NCBI GenBank assembly: GCA_039586365.1
Contig: JBDHKN010000002.1
Location: 75,124-139,123 of the forward strand
Length of the DNA stretch: 64,000 nucleotides
Reading direction: 5' to 3'
From: Gemmatimonadota bacterium
GTDB lineage: Bacteria > Gemmatimonadota > Gemmatimonadetes > Gemmatimonadales > GWC2-71-9
Each line of letters starts with the position of its first letter. Position 1 is the first letter of the stretch. This document shows positions 47,814 to 57,650 of this stretch, one piece after another. Below the pieces are notes generated by a model, which was not told the DNA's origin, did not search any database, and saw only the letters and a program-made list of their open reading frames with translations. Made by a program: the position numbers and the translations under genes.

Positions 47814-50519
47814 CTATTCCACCGCTAGAGCCGACAGAGGATCCACTCTGAGCGCTCTCCAGGCGGGAATCAGACATGCGATCAGTGCCACCACGGCAAA
47901 CAGCAGGCTTACCCCTACGAATGTTGCCGGATCGGTCGGCTCGATGGTGAACAGCATCTGCTGGATCAATCGGGTGACCCAGTAGGCCCCCACCAACCCG
48001 AGCACTATCCCGACGGCCACCAGTGTCACGCCCTGCTTCAGAACCAGCCGCACAATGTCCCTGGCTCCCGCGCCCAGTGCCACGCGAATGCCGATCTCGT
48101 GGACCCGCCGGCTCACGTAGTAGGCAAGTACGCCGTAGAGCCCAATGGCGGCGAGAGACAGCGCCACTGCGGCAAACAGTGTGAGCGACAGTGCCATGAC
48201 TCTGTCCCGCGATACCGTGCGAGCGATGACATCGCTCATCGTGCTGAGTTCCTCGATCGGAATGTCGCGGTCGTGACTCCAGACGATCTGGCGTAGCTCC
48301 CCTGCAATCGACGTTGGCTCGAGGGCTGTGCGAATGGCCATGCGCATGGTGTACAGCGGCCGTTGGTAGTACGAGCCGTACATGGCGAGCCTGGGATTGA
48401 AGCGAGGCCCGCTCACGCGCACGTCTCCCACCACACCGATCACTTCGTAGGCGACCTCCTCACCCTGGTCCACCACGACCTGCCGCCCGATGGGATCTTC
48501 CTCGGGGAACAGTGTCTCGGCCATGGTCTGGTTGATGACCAGCACGCGGGAAGATCCCTCGGCATCGGTACGCTCGATGCCCCGCCCCTGTAGCAGGGGA
48601 ATAGCCATGGCCTCGAAGTACCCCGGGAACACCGTGCGCGTGTATGCAACGTTGCGGTCGTTGGGATCGAGCGGTGGCCTGTCGGCGGCGTAGACGTAGA
48701 TGTTGTTGCCGGGATCCCGGACCGGAAGCTGGTTGATGACCGCCACAGCGGTGACTCCCGGGATCGCCTCCACGTCTTCAGTCAGCTCAGAGTAGAAGTT
48801 GATCCGTTGCTCCGGGTCGGAGAACTTCTCTTGGGTCAGCCGGATCTCAGCGGTGAGGAGGCTCTGGGCATCGAACCCGGGGTCCACTCGCCTGAGATTC
48901 GCGAAGCTCCGAATCAACAGTCCGGATCCGATGAGCAGGATGACCGAAACAGCTACCTGAGCTATCACTAGTGCGCTGCGGAACCGTGAGCCACCGGAAT
49001 CGGTGGTCCGGGCGCTCGACTTGATGTCTTCCACCACGTTCGTCTGCGCGGCGCGCAGGGCGGGCAGGATCCCAAACAGCAACCCCGTGGCAACCGTGAG
49101 AATGAGGGCGAAACCGAGCATCGAACCCGAAATGCCCTGGCTCTCCATGCCCGGAACGTCGATCGGCAGGAACTGCAGGATCAGTTTCTGAAACCAGACA
49201 GCGAGGACGGTTCCCAGAATGCCGGCACCTGCTGCGGTCACCACGGACTCGGTGAGCAGTTGCCGCATCAGGCGCGCTCCCGAAGCGCCGAGCGCGGCGC
49301 GGATGGACAACTCCGTGCGCCGTACCGAGCCTCTCGCCAGGAGGAGGCTGCCCACGTTGCCACAGGCGATGAGCAGTACGAGCCCGACGGCGGCCATTAG
49401 CAGGAGTACGCTGGTGCGATAGTCCTCGGTCAGGGCTTCGTGCAGTTCGCTCAGCAGCAGCGCCTTGTCCCGGTTGGTCTCGGGGTACTCGCTCGCTAGC
49501 TGTGCCGAGATCACATCCATCTCGGCCTGAGCCTGTTCGATTGCGACACTCGGCCTGAGGCGGCCTACCAGCAGCCAATTGTGCCAGCGCCTCGCATTGG
49601 CCATCGGCCCATCACGGTACATGGGCACCCACAAGTCGACGTCGTGCAGGAAGTGAAAACCCGCCGGCATGATGCCAACGATGGTCAGTGGAGAACCGTT
49701 CACCGCTATCGATTGCCCTACCGCGTCCACTGTCCCACCGAATCTACGCTGCCAGTATCCGTGGCTTAGCATCACCACGTCGCTGCCCCCCGGCTCCCCC
49801 TCCTCGCGGGCGAAGTGACGACCCGCCTCGGCGGACACACCCAGCGTACGAAACAGATCCCACGACACGAACGTGCCGGCTATCTGTTGCGGCTCATCTC
49901 CGCCCGTAACCGTCACATCGATCGCCCCGAACAGTATCGCGCCCAGCGACTCGAACACGCGATTCCGCTCACGGTAGTCGAAGTAGTCGTAGGCGGACGC
50001 CATGGGGTTGGGGCTGCCGTTGAACGTCGCCCGTCCGAGCACGAGCTTGTCCGGTTCGGGAAACGGCAGCGGCCGGATGAGCGCCCGGTTCATCGTGCCG
50101 AACATGGCGACATTGGCGCCGATGCCGACCGCAAGGATGAGAACGACCAGTGCGGTGAATCCGGGCCTCTTGGCGACGCCTCGCAACGCGTAGCGAATGT
50201 CCTGCAGGACGGAACTCGTCATGTTTCCAACTCCCGATCTGCAAACGTCAGATGGTGGTGCGGTGTGAAGCTTCCCTTGCGGGAGTCCGCTCCTGATTAC
50301 CGCAAAGTGTCGTCGGAGGGCTGCTGAGACAGTGTCGCTCAGAATATCGATACCGAAACGCATGCCGCCGGCGAATCCCCGATAACGAGCTTCCGCTCGC
50401 TGAGCCGCGTATGCCTCCACAAGCTGTTCCCGGTACTGCCTGCGGAAGCTCCGCGGGTAGAGCAACATGAGCAGCCGGTAAAGCGAGCTGGCCCGCCGAC
50501 GGTGCCTTTGCTGACTCAT
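47814..50519 (-). CDS. Duplicated orphan ABC permease (ADOP family, MacB/FtsX x2)
   Basis: QDIRYALR, LLIACGNV.SLLLAR, GLYGVLAYYV.RR..EIGIRVALGA and PAWRALRVDP. Confidence 0.93.
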   Translation of the reverse strand: MSQQRHRRRASSLYRLLMLLYPRSFRRQYREQLVEAYAAQRAEARYRGFAGGMRFGIDILSDTVSAALRRHFAVIRSGLPQGKLHTAPPSDVCRSGVGNMTSSVLQDIRYALRGVAKRPGFTALVVLILAVGIGANVAMFGTMNRALIRPLPFPEPDKLVLGRATFNGSPNPMASAYDYFDYRERNRVFESLGAILFGAIDVTVTGGDEPQQIAGTFVSWDLFRTLGVSAEAGRHFAREEGEPGGSDVVMLSHGYWQRRFGGTVDAVGQSIAVNGSPLTIVGIMPAGFHFLHDVDLWVPMYRDGPMANARRWHNWLLVGRLRPSVAIEQAQAEMDVISAQLASEYPETNRDKALLLSELHEALTEDYRTSVLLLMAAVGLVLLIACGNVGSLLLARGSVRRTELSIRAALGASGARLMRQLLTESVVTAAGAGILGTVLAVWFQKLILQFLPIDVPGMESQGISGSMLGFALILTVATGLLFGILPALRAAQTNVVEDIKSSARTTDSGGSRFRSALVIAQVAVSVILLIGSGLLIRSFANLRRVDPGFDAQSLLTAEIRLTQEKFSDPEQRINFYSELTEDVEAIPGVTAVAVINQLPVRDPGNNIYVYAADRPPLDPNDRNVAYTRTVFPGYFEAMAIPLLQGRGIERTDAEGSSRVLVINQTMAETLFPEEDPIGRQVVVDQGEEVAYEVIGVVGDVRVSGPRFNPRLAMYGSYYQRPLYTMRMAIRTALEPTSIAGELRQIVWSHDRDIPIEELSTMSDVIARTVSRDRVMALSLTLFAAVALSLAAIGLYGVLAYYVSRRVHEIGIRVALGAGARDIVRLVLKQGVTLVAVGIVLGLVGAYWVTRLIQQMLFTIEPTDPATFVGVSLLFAVVALIACLIPAWRALRVDPLSALAVE

Positions 50520-50881
50520 CAGGCCGGCTTCGTGCCGCCGAGGGAGGCTCGCGCGTGCTGCACCGTCTGCTCGAGACGCGCCACTTCGGTCTGCAACACC
50601 TGCCTACCGAACCGTGTGAGGCGATAGTAGCGGCGCTGCGCCTGATCGACTTCCCGCGCGGGTCTCCGGGGTGATTCGTCGATGAGGCCCAGCTCCACCA
50701 TGCGCTGGATCGATTCGTAGAGTGTTCCTGGCCCCAGCTTCACCACCCCGCCGGTCTGTTGTTCCACCTCCTGCTTCACGGCGTAGCCGTGGCGCTCGCC
50801 ACCGGCTAGCACCAGCAGGATGTGAAACACCGCCGGTCTGAGAGGCTGGAGTTGCTTGATCCGGTGAGATACGTCGGTCAC
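50519..50881 (-). CDS. PadR family transcriptional regulator
   Basis: HILLVL...HGYAV...GPGTLYESI.R...RRYYRLT; stop overlaps the permease start. Confidence 0.92.
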   Translation of the reverse strand: MTDVSHRIKQLQPLRPAVFHILLVLAGGERHGYAVKQEVEQQTGGVVKLGPGTLYESIQRMVELGLIDESPRRPAREVDQAQRRYYRLTRFGRQVLQTEVARLEQTVQHARASLGGTKPA

Positions 50882-50925
50882 GAGGATCCCCCGCACCGAG
50901 AAGACATATCGTATCCCGTCATACG

Positions 50926-50940
50926 TATCGGAAACCGATA
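50926..50940. promoter_or_regulatory. Palindrome TATCGG-AAA-CCGATA, probable PadR operator
   Basis: Perfect 6-bp inverted repeat upstream of the PadR gene; a second ATATCG half-site lies at ~50906. Confidence 0.6.
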
Positions 50941-51073
50941 TGGTTTCAGCCATGTCATTGGCGCAGACCGCGGCGAACGGGACCCTGACTGCTAGGCTCG
51001 CTCATTCACCGCCAATGTGACCGAAACCGGGGGCTCTAGGGTATCAGGACTGAATAGGCCCCAGGAGATGGTC

Positions 51074-52321
51074 ATGCAGCGATTGCTTCGTTCGCTCCCG
51101 CCCTTTGCCGCAGCCATCCTGCTCGTGAGTTGCGACCTCTTCGGACCCGGTGATGATCTGATCACGGGTCTCCCCCGCGAATTGAGCATTGCCGAAGGCA
51201 AGCTGATCCAGGCAGACAACACGTTCGCCTTCAACCTGTTCCGCGAGATCAACGAGCAAGCGGGCGACTCGAACATCTTCATCTCACCGCTCAGCGTGGC
51301 CATGGCTTTGGGGATGACGTACAACGGTGCGGCCGGTGCCACTCGAGAAGCGATGCAGCAGACCCTGGCACTCGAGGGGATGATGTTGGAGGAGATCAAC
51401 CAGGCTTACCGCGATCTCATCGATCTGCTGCGGAAGCTCGACCACAGAGTGGAGTTCACCCTCGCCAACTCGATCTGGTATCGCGACACGTGGACCTTCA
51501 ACTCGGACTTCCTCGAGACAACCCGCACGTACTTCGACGCGGAGGTGGCAGCCCTGGACTTCAGCAATCCCCAGGCGGGACGGACGATCAATGACTGGGT
51601 CAACGACAAGACCAACGGTAAGATCCCGGAGATTGTACCTCAACAGATCCCGATCTACATCGTCATGTACCTGATCAACGCGATCTACTTCAAGGCCGAC
51701 TGGGCGGCTCAGTTCGACAAGAGCCTGACCGAGGACGGCCCGTTCACGCTCAAGGACGGCTCGCAGATCACCGCCAAGATGATGTGGCACGACGAGCCCG
51801 CTCGAGTGTGGCGGCACCGCGGGCAGGACATCAACGTTGTGGACGTGCCGTATGGCGGGCGCGCGTTCAGCATGACCATACTGATTCCCGACACTCCTAC
51901 CGCTATTGATTCCGTCGGCGGCGCGCTCACGCAGCAGCAGTGGGACCTCTGGATAGCGGGACTCGATTCGACCAGCCTGGTGATCTCCATGCCCAAGTTC
52001 ACCATCGAGTACGAGATCGGTCTGAACCAGACGCTGGACTCACTCGGCATGGGTGTGGCATTCCAGCCTTATGTTGCGGACTTCAGTCGCATGTGCTGCC
52101 GGCCGGGCGACATCTACATCGACAGCGTGAAACACAAAGCCTTTGTGGACGTGAACGAGGAGGGTACGGAAGCGGCGGCGGCTACATCCGTGGGCATAGC
52201 GCCCGTATCTGCAGGGCCACCGAGTTTGGTCATCGACCGGCCCTTCGTGTTCGTGATCCGCGAGAAGTACTCGGGCACGATCCTGTTCATGGGGAAGGTG
52301 ATGGACCCGACGGCGGGTTAG
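51074..52321 (+). CDS. Serpin (serine protease inhibitor) lipoprotein
   Basis: LVSC lipobox, NIFISPLS, NAIYFKADW, hinge EEGTEAAAATS and DRPFVFVIRE...LFMG. Confidence 0.95.
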   Translation: MQRLLRSLPPFAAAILLVSCDLFGPGDDLITGLPRELSIAEGKLIQADNTFAFNLFREINEQAGDSNIFISPLSVAMALGMTYNGAAGATREAMQQTLALEGMMLEEINQAYRDLIDLLRKLDHRVEFTLANSIWYRDTWTFNSDFLETTRTYFDAEVAALDFSNPQAGRTINDWVNDKTNGKIPEIVPQQIPIYIVMYLINAIYFKADWAAQFDKSLTEDGPFTLKDGSQITAKMMWHDEPARVWRHRGQDINVVDVPYGGRAFSMTILIPDTPTAIDSVGGALTQQQWDLWIAGLDSTSLVISMPKFTIEYEIGLNQTLDSLGMGVAFQPYVADFSRMCCRPGDIYIDSVKHKAFVDVNEEGTEAAAATSVGIAPVSAGPPSLVIDRPFVFVIREKYSGTILFMGKVMDPTAG

Positions 52322-52634
52322 TATTTGACCTGTCGCCTGATCTGTCGATAGAACGGGCGCCGGCGCGCTGCGAAACCGCCACATCGATTGGCGAAGCAGC
52401 CGTCGTCGCATTGGGCCACGAGTGGCCCGACCTCTCGTTCTTTGATGCGGCTGGTCGACTCTGGGTAACTTATAGGTATCCGGATCCGAGCGATCGTGAT
52501 AGAAACGTCCCCGAGCGGCGGCACGGACGTTTCGCCACCGCAGCCCGGCTGGTGTGACTGGGCGTTGAGCAGATTTCGCAGGGCCGACACGACAGTGGGT
52601 CCCGTTGGCTGTCAGCTCGTCGTTTGATTCAGGG

Positions 52635-52901
52635 ATGATTTCAATGGTTTCGAAGAAGCAGCAACCAAGTACCGACACCCCAACCGTATACTCACGGGAG
52701 GAGGCGGAGCGTGTCCGCGCAATGGCCATGAGGTCTGACGCGGCGCCGCTATGCCCACGGTGCGACGAGGCTCTCACAGTGGGGCCGGCCGTCTACCATC
52801 AGAGACATGGTGAGCGGTACATGATTCGGGCGCTGACCTGTCCGGTATGCCACCGCTGCCTTTCAATCAAGGACATGCCCGAGAGGCTGGAGCCGGAGTG
52901 A
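52635..52901 (+). CDS. Small Zn-ribbon-like protein
   Basis: CPRC...CPVC; start uncertain. Confidence 0.6.
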   Translation: MISMVSKKQQPSTDTPTVYSREEAERVRAMAMRSDAAPLCPRCDEALTVGPAVYHQRHGERYMIRALTCPVCHRCLSIKDMPERLEPE

Positions 52902-53055
52902 GATATTGTGTCCCGCAATTGCGCTCCCTTCGATACCGCTAGCCCCCCTTCCACAGGTACAGACTTCTCACGCTCCAGCTCTGCACGAGCGTGGCTCTTC
53001 TCACGTTCACCTCGAGGCAGTCATGAAGCCAGTTCCAGGCACTAGGAGAGCGCGT

Positions 53056-53430
53056 ATGCGGCGGAACCACTCATTGACGCGATGGCTTGCGGTGTTGCTA
53101 CTGTCCGGAGGGTGCGCGGCAGCGGTGTCCTGTGCCTCGCAGGAAGCAGCCACTCTGGAAGCCGAGGTGGCACTGGCGAATGAGAGTGTGTATGTGTGGA
53201 ACAGAGGTGAGGAACAGTGGGGTGCCGCTGTTGTGTTTGTCGACGAACGAACCGAGGAGATGAGCAAGGCGTTTCACGGCATAACTCCTGGAGGGTTTGT
53301 CCAGTTCCCTCTGCGCGAGTTCCGAAAGGGTACTGAGCGTGTCTTCGAGGATGATGTCCTTCCCGGGGTGGTGTGGGTGGAGGTGGAGGGCTACGCTCCC
53401 AGGGAGTTTCGCCTGGGCGGGTCCCGCTAG
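53056..53430 (+). CDS. Hypothetical lipoprotein
   Basis: AGGAGA RBS; signal peptide with Cys. Confidence 0.65.
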   Translation: MRRNHSLTRWLAVLLLSGGCAAAVSCASQEAATLEAEVALANESVYVWNRGEEQWGAAVVFVDERTEEMSKAFHGITPGGFVQFPLREFRKGTERVFEDDVLPGVVWVEVEGYAPREFRLGGSR

Positions 53431-53557
53431 TCTCGGAGCCCAGAACTGCTTGCCTGGTCATCACGAGTCGGACTTGTAGTACCGGTCTCTCGCGATACGA
53501 CCCTGCGATCCGGTCCGCCACTGCACAACGATAGCATTCTCTCAGGAGGAATCTGCC

Positions 53558-53974
53558 ATGACGGTCTCCAGATGGGTCACATGGATCGTCTCCTGTGGCA
53601 TCGTGCTGGCGTTGGCCGGGTGTGCGTCGTCCGCTGGCGCCGGTGACGTGGAGCAGCCGGGTCCGACGGGCGATATGGTCACCGTGGAAGTGACCAACCG
53701 GACACCGGATGGAGTGGTTTTGTGGATCCAGTATGGCAACGGTGCGCCCAAGCGTCTGGGCGAGGTGTACGGGAGCACCAGACCGACTACGCTGGCATTC
53801 GAGTGGAGGAACCTGGGGCTCAGACTGGTGTGCCGCGGGTCTGCACGCACGCGGGGCGACGAGCGCGTGTCCAATCAGGTCACCGTGCTTCCAGGTGATC
53901 GTCTCATTCTAATCGTTGAGCCGAGGACCCTGTTCCTCCATCACGCGGACGATCGTCGCTCGAAACGCCCGTGA
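53558..53974 (+). CDS. Hypothetical lipoprotein
   Basis: AGGAGG RBS; LAGC lipobox. Confidence 0.75.
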   Translation: MTVSRWVTWIVSCGIVLALAGCASSAGAGDVEQPGPTGDMVTVEVTNRTPDGVVLWIQYGNGAPKRLGEVYGSTRPTTLAFEWRNLGLRLVCRGSARTRGDERVSNQVTVLPGDRLILIVEPRTLFLHHADDRRSKRP

Positions 53975-54048
53975 AGATCGCGCTGCGTAGCAGCCCTGCC
54001 CTGGCTGTTCTCGTCATTTGTGCCTGCGGCACAGTCGGAGCCACGTGA
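53971..54048 (+). pseudogene. Orphan lipoprotein signal-peptide remnant
   Basis: VKIALRSSPALAVLVICACGTVGAT*; 54001-54030 matches 63826-63855 at 27 of 30 nt. Confidence 0.55.
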
Positions 54049-54132
54049 TACGCTGATCAACCTGCGCGCAAGTGGTGCCCCTGCCCTACAGGCCGCCTCG
54101 GCGGCCCGCAACCTTCATCATGTGAGGTGCAC

Positions 54133-54825
54133 ATGCCCCTGCGAAATGCTGCAATAGCTCTGGCACTGATACTACCCGGTCACATCATGGCCCAGGAGCT
54201 GCCGGAAACAGTCATCACGACCACGGCCGCCGGCGAGGTGGAACTCGTCCCTGACCATGCCGTTGTGCGGGTCGGCGTGGACGCGATTGATTCCGCACCA
54301 TCCCGTGCGAGTCAGCAGGCAGCGGCCCTGCTCGAGACGGTCTACGACACCTTGGCGGCGCATGGCTTTCCAGCGGAGTCGCTGCCGACGACGGGTTACA
54401 GCGTGCGCCCGCAATACGACTTCGCAGTGGGTGGCGGGAGCGAGCTGACGGGATATAGGGCAACGACGATGGTTCGCGTGACCGTTCGTGAGCTGGCCAG
54501 GCTGCCTGCGGTCCTCGAAGCTGTTCTGGCTGCCGGTGCGACCAACGTCGGATCGATTCAGTATTTCGCCAGCGACTATCGTGCAGCGAGGGATGAGGCA
54601 ACGCGAAGAGCGGTGGCCGAGGCACGGCGCGATGCCGAGGTCCTGGCCGAGATCGAGGGAGGCCGACTGGGGCCGTTGCTGGAGCTAGAGACGGGCTTGG
54701 GCAGCACCATGCCGGGGAGTGTGGTCAGGATGAGAGCGCAAGGTGCACCGTCCCCGATTACACCCGAGCAGCTGACAGTGCGGGCGGCAGTGACAGGCCG
54801 TTGGTTGCTCGTCCCGAGGAATTGA
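54133..54825 (+). CDS. SIMPL (DUF541) domain protein
   Basis: GEVELVPD, GY.A...VRVTV, AGAT and AVAEARRDAEVLA. Confidence 0.88.
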   Translation: MPLRNAAIALALILPGHIMAQELPETVITTTAAGEVELVPDHAVVRVGVDAIDSAPSRASQQAAALLETVYDTLAAHGFPAESLPTTGYSVRPQYDFAVGGGSELTGYRATTMVRVTVRELARLPAVLEAVLAAGATNVGSIQYFASDYRAARDEATRRAVAEARRDAEVLAEIEGGRLGPLLELETGLGSTMPGSVVRMRAQGAPSPITPEQLTVRAAVTGRWLLVPRN

Positions 54826-54860
54826 ATGAATGGCAGGCGACGGCCGTGGTGAGTGACGGC

Positions 54861-56090
54861 ATGGCAATAGTGACAAGCAGATCGGGCGTGGCCTCGCGTA
54901 ACGCAATCGCCTGCTTCGCCTGCGCCGCGCTGGTCCAAGCGTGTGCCAGTGAGGCACCAGATGCCACACGCGCGGTCCGCGACAGCGCCGGCGTCAGGAT
55001 TATCGAGAACACGGCGAGCGCCTGGTCTTCCGCAGATGCTTGGCGACTCGCCGCCGCACCGAGCGTCGAGATAGGTGGGGACGAGACGGATCCGTCGCAG
55101 CAATTCGTTCGCATCATGAGCGCCTTTCGTTTGTTGGACGGTAGGCTTGTCGCGGCCAACTTCGAGAGTCCTCCCGAGATCCGGTTCTTCACGGCGGGCG
55201 GCGAGCATCAGTTCTCTGTCGGAGGATCAGGGAAAGGTCCCGGTGAGTTCGGCGCAATCGCCTGGGCGCAGCGCGTGACACCCGACACGATCCTGGTGTA
55301 CGACTTTTGGAATTCCCGCTTCACGTACTTCGATTGGTCCGGTGGACTGCTTACGAGCGTGAGGATAGAGCGAAGCAGAGCGATCCCGACCTCTCAGAGC
55401 TACCAGGCTCGGCTGGACGACGGTTCGTTGCTTCAGAGGCCGAACCGATTCTTCATAGATCCCCGTCCAGGGATCCACCGCGACTCGACGACGTGGCTGC
55501 GGGGGCTGCCGGATGGCTCGCTGATTGACACGATCGGTCGTTTCCCAGGGAGGACCTACCACTACGAGGGCCAGGGTCGCCCGTCAGAACTGTTATTCGG
55601 AGCGAGGTCTGCCGTCACCGCACGCGGTACCGCGGTCTATCTAGCTCCCGGAGACGAATTCAGAATCGACAGGTACGATCTCGGCGGTGCGCTGGACCTG
55701 AGCATGCGTGCGCATTTCGAGCGGAGGAGGGTGACGGGCGCAGACCTAGGGATTCTCAAAGAGCTGCAGCTACAGAACGCCCGCAATGATAATGAGCGGA
55801 GGCTGATTGAGCGGCGCTTCCTTGATTCGCACCACGCGGAGTTGATGCCGGCACACGGCAGTCATATTCTGCTCGACACCGAGTCGAACATATGGCTCGA
55901 GGAGTTCAACTATCAGCCGGACGTGGAGGTAGCTTGGAGTGTGTTCACGGCCGAGGGCGTGTACGTGGGTGCGGTCGCCATGCCGCATCGGTTCCAGCCA
56001 TTTGATGTGGGGTCCGACTACGTACTCGGAGTATGGAAGGACGACCTGGATGTCGAGCACGTCCAGCTGTACGAGTTGATCAAGCCGTGA
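54861..56090 (+). CDS. 6-bladed beta-propeller lipoprotein
   Basis: RDSAGVRIIEN, GKGPGEF and GSDYVLGVWKDDLDVEHVQLY. Confidence 0.85.
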   Translation: MAIVTSRSGVASRNAIACFACAALVQACASEAPDATRAVRDSAGVRIIENTASAWSSADAWRLAAAPSVEIGGDETDPSQQFVRIMSAFRLLDGRLVAANFESPPEIRFFTAGGEHQFSVGGSGKGPGEFGAIAWAQRVTPDTILVYDFWNSRFTYFDWSGGLLTSVRIERSRAIPTSQSYQARLDDGSLLQRPNRFFIDPRPGIHRDSTTWLRGLPDGSLIDTIGRFPGRTYHYEGQGRPSELLFGARSAVTARGTAVYLAPGDEFRIDRYDLGGALDLSMRAHFERRRVTGADLGILKELQLQNARNDNERRLIERRFLDSHHAELMPAHGSHILLDTESNIWLEEFNYQPDVEVAWSVFTAEGVYVGAVAMPHRFQPFDVGSDYVLGVWKDDLDVEHVQLYELIKP

Positions 56091-56112
56091 GGCGGCTGAG
56101 GCGGCCACCGCC

Positions 56113-56748
56113 TCATCCTGACCAACCCCACGTCAGCCCCACGTGGACCACAGGGTCTACCTGCAGGCCCCGCTGCACGCTCGTTCCATCGTCGGTTCTG
56201 ACATCTAGGAAGTAGAAAGAGTCCGTAAGCCCGAGTTCCGCGCTGAGCCCACCGTGCAGCCGGAGCCCGGAGCCAAGGCCAAGCGTGCCAGCCAACCGCG
56301 TGGGCGAGTCGTATGCGGCATACGAGGACCCGCCATGGCGCACTAGCCCACCACCTGCGCTGAGCCAGAGATGGAATGGCTCCACGGAAAGGACCTCATA
56401 GAGTCCCTGTGTCGCCACGGTCAGCACCCGGACGGACTTCGGCCCGTGAGGGCCTGCGGGTGTGAATACCTGCGGGGTTGTGCTCCATGCTTGGGCGACT
56501 TGCAGTTCAACTCCGCCACGGCTTGATAACCAGACGCGCCCCCGCGCACCTAGGGCTGGCCCACTCTTGTCGCTGGGACGCCGCGGAAGAGTGACTGCAT
56601 ATGTTGCGGTGGGCCAGAATGAGCCAAGCGGGCGGTAGTAGCCGAGGACGGGACCGACCTCGAAGCGGACTTGAGCGGTTGCCACACCGACAACGGAAGG
56701 GGTGAGAAAGACGGCGATCGCCAAGCTAGAAAAGACTCGCGTCATCAT
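56113..56748 (-). CDS. Hypothetical outer-membrane beta-barrel protein
   Basis: Signal peptide, amphipathic strands, aromatic C-terminus. Confidence 0.65.
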   Translation of the reverse strand: MMTRVFSSLAIAVFLTPSVVGVATAQVRFEVGPVLGYYRPLGSFWPTATYAVTLPRRPSDKSGPALGARGRVWLSSRGGVELQVAQAWSTTPQVFTPAGPHGPKSVRVLTVATQGLYEVLSVEPFHLWLSAGGGLVRHGGSSYAAYDSPTRLAGTLGLGSGLRLHGGLSAELGLTDSFYFLDVRTDDGTSVQRGLQVDPVVHVGLTWGWSG

Positions 56749-56941
56749 GATGGACAAGACTCCCCTGGCGCGCGCCCAGCACCTCTGCGCGTGACCCGCA
56801 GGCGCTGAGTCACCAGCAGCTCCCTAGTACTCGACCTTCCACTTTCGCCCTCAACGGGCACCGCGCGTCGTCATAGCCCGAACCACCGTCTGAAAGAAGC
56901 AACTTATTGGTCCCATGAGTCTCGCTACAAGCGCCTGGCAA

Positions 56942-57499
56942 TCACCTCCGGATCGTGAACCGATTCGAAATGCGCGCGTCGAGCGGAATCTGTGGTCCGA
57001 ATGGGTAGCTGTCGTCCTGGAACGACGAAAGCGCGTCGTCCCACACGATTCGGTAGAGTCCACTCGGATCCTCGACGTCGAATTGTGGACCTGCATTGCT
57101 CCCGGGCGGAGCCCCCCACACCCGCAGTGTATCCACGAACGTCGTATTCCTCGGGATGACGATCGGCGGGCTCAAGCAGTCTTCAATGACCGGCGCCCAC
57201 GCAGCACGCCAACTACCATTATCCTCCCGCTCGAGGTGAAGCGCAAAGGCACCATTGCAGTTCACCAAGTAGACCTGCCGGCCGGTTCGGTTGGTGAACA
57301 CGTACGGAATCTCCACGCGCAGGCCTATCCAATCGGGCTGGAACTCGTACTCGAGCGACTCGGTCTGGATCAAATGCTCCCTGTCGCTATCCAACCCGGT
57401 GGAGGTCTCACAGCCCAGCCCACCCAAAGCCGCGGCCACCACGAGTGGCAGCCAAGATCGAGTGCCGGCAACGACGAGTCCGGCACGTGTCCTAAACAT
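56942..57499 (-). CDS. Hypothetical lipoprotein
   Basis: GLGC lipobox; Ig-like FTNRTG..VYL..C pattern and SNRF tail. Confidence 0.7.
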   Translation of the reverse strand: MFRTRAGLVVAGTRSWLPLVVAAALGGLGCETSTGLDSDREHLIQTESLEYEFQPDWIGLRVEIPYVFTNRTGRQVYLVNCNGAFALHLEREDNGSWRAAWAPVIEDCLSPPIVIPRNTTFVDTLRVWGAPPGSNAGPQFDVEDPSGLYRIVWDDALSSFQDDSYPFGPQIPLDARISNRFTIRR

Positions 57500-57650
57500 C
57501 ACTGAGTTCCTCGCGAAAGCCGCTACCGCTCACGACCCCACCCTCCGTGCCACCACCTGACATGCGTTGGCCTGCAGCCGACCACCCACTGCCTGACAAC
57601 GCTTCTGCGATTGTGCCGATCTCACCATGCCCACAAATCAAACCGCCGGA

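Noticed and set aside
50882..50953. PadR start at ATG 50953
   Set aside because: The extension covers the palindromic operator and is not family-like, so GTG 50881 is preferred.
52322..52560. Possible beta-propeller fragment (SFFDAAGRLWV)
   Set aside because: The similarity is too short to support a call.
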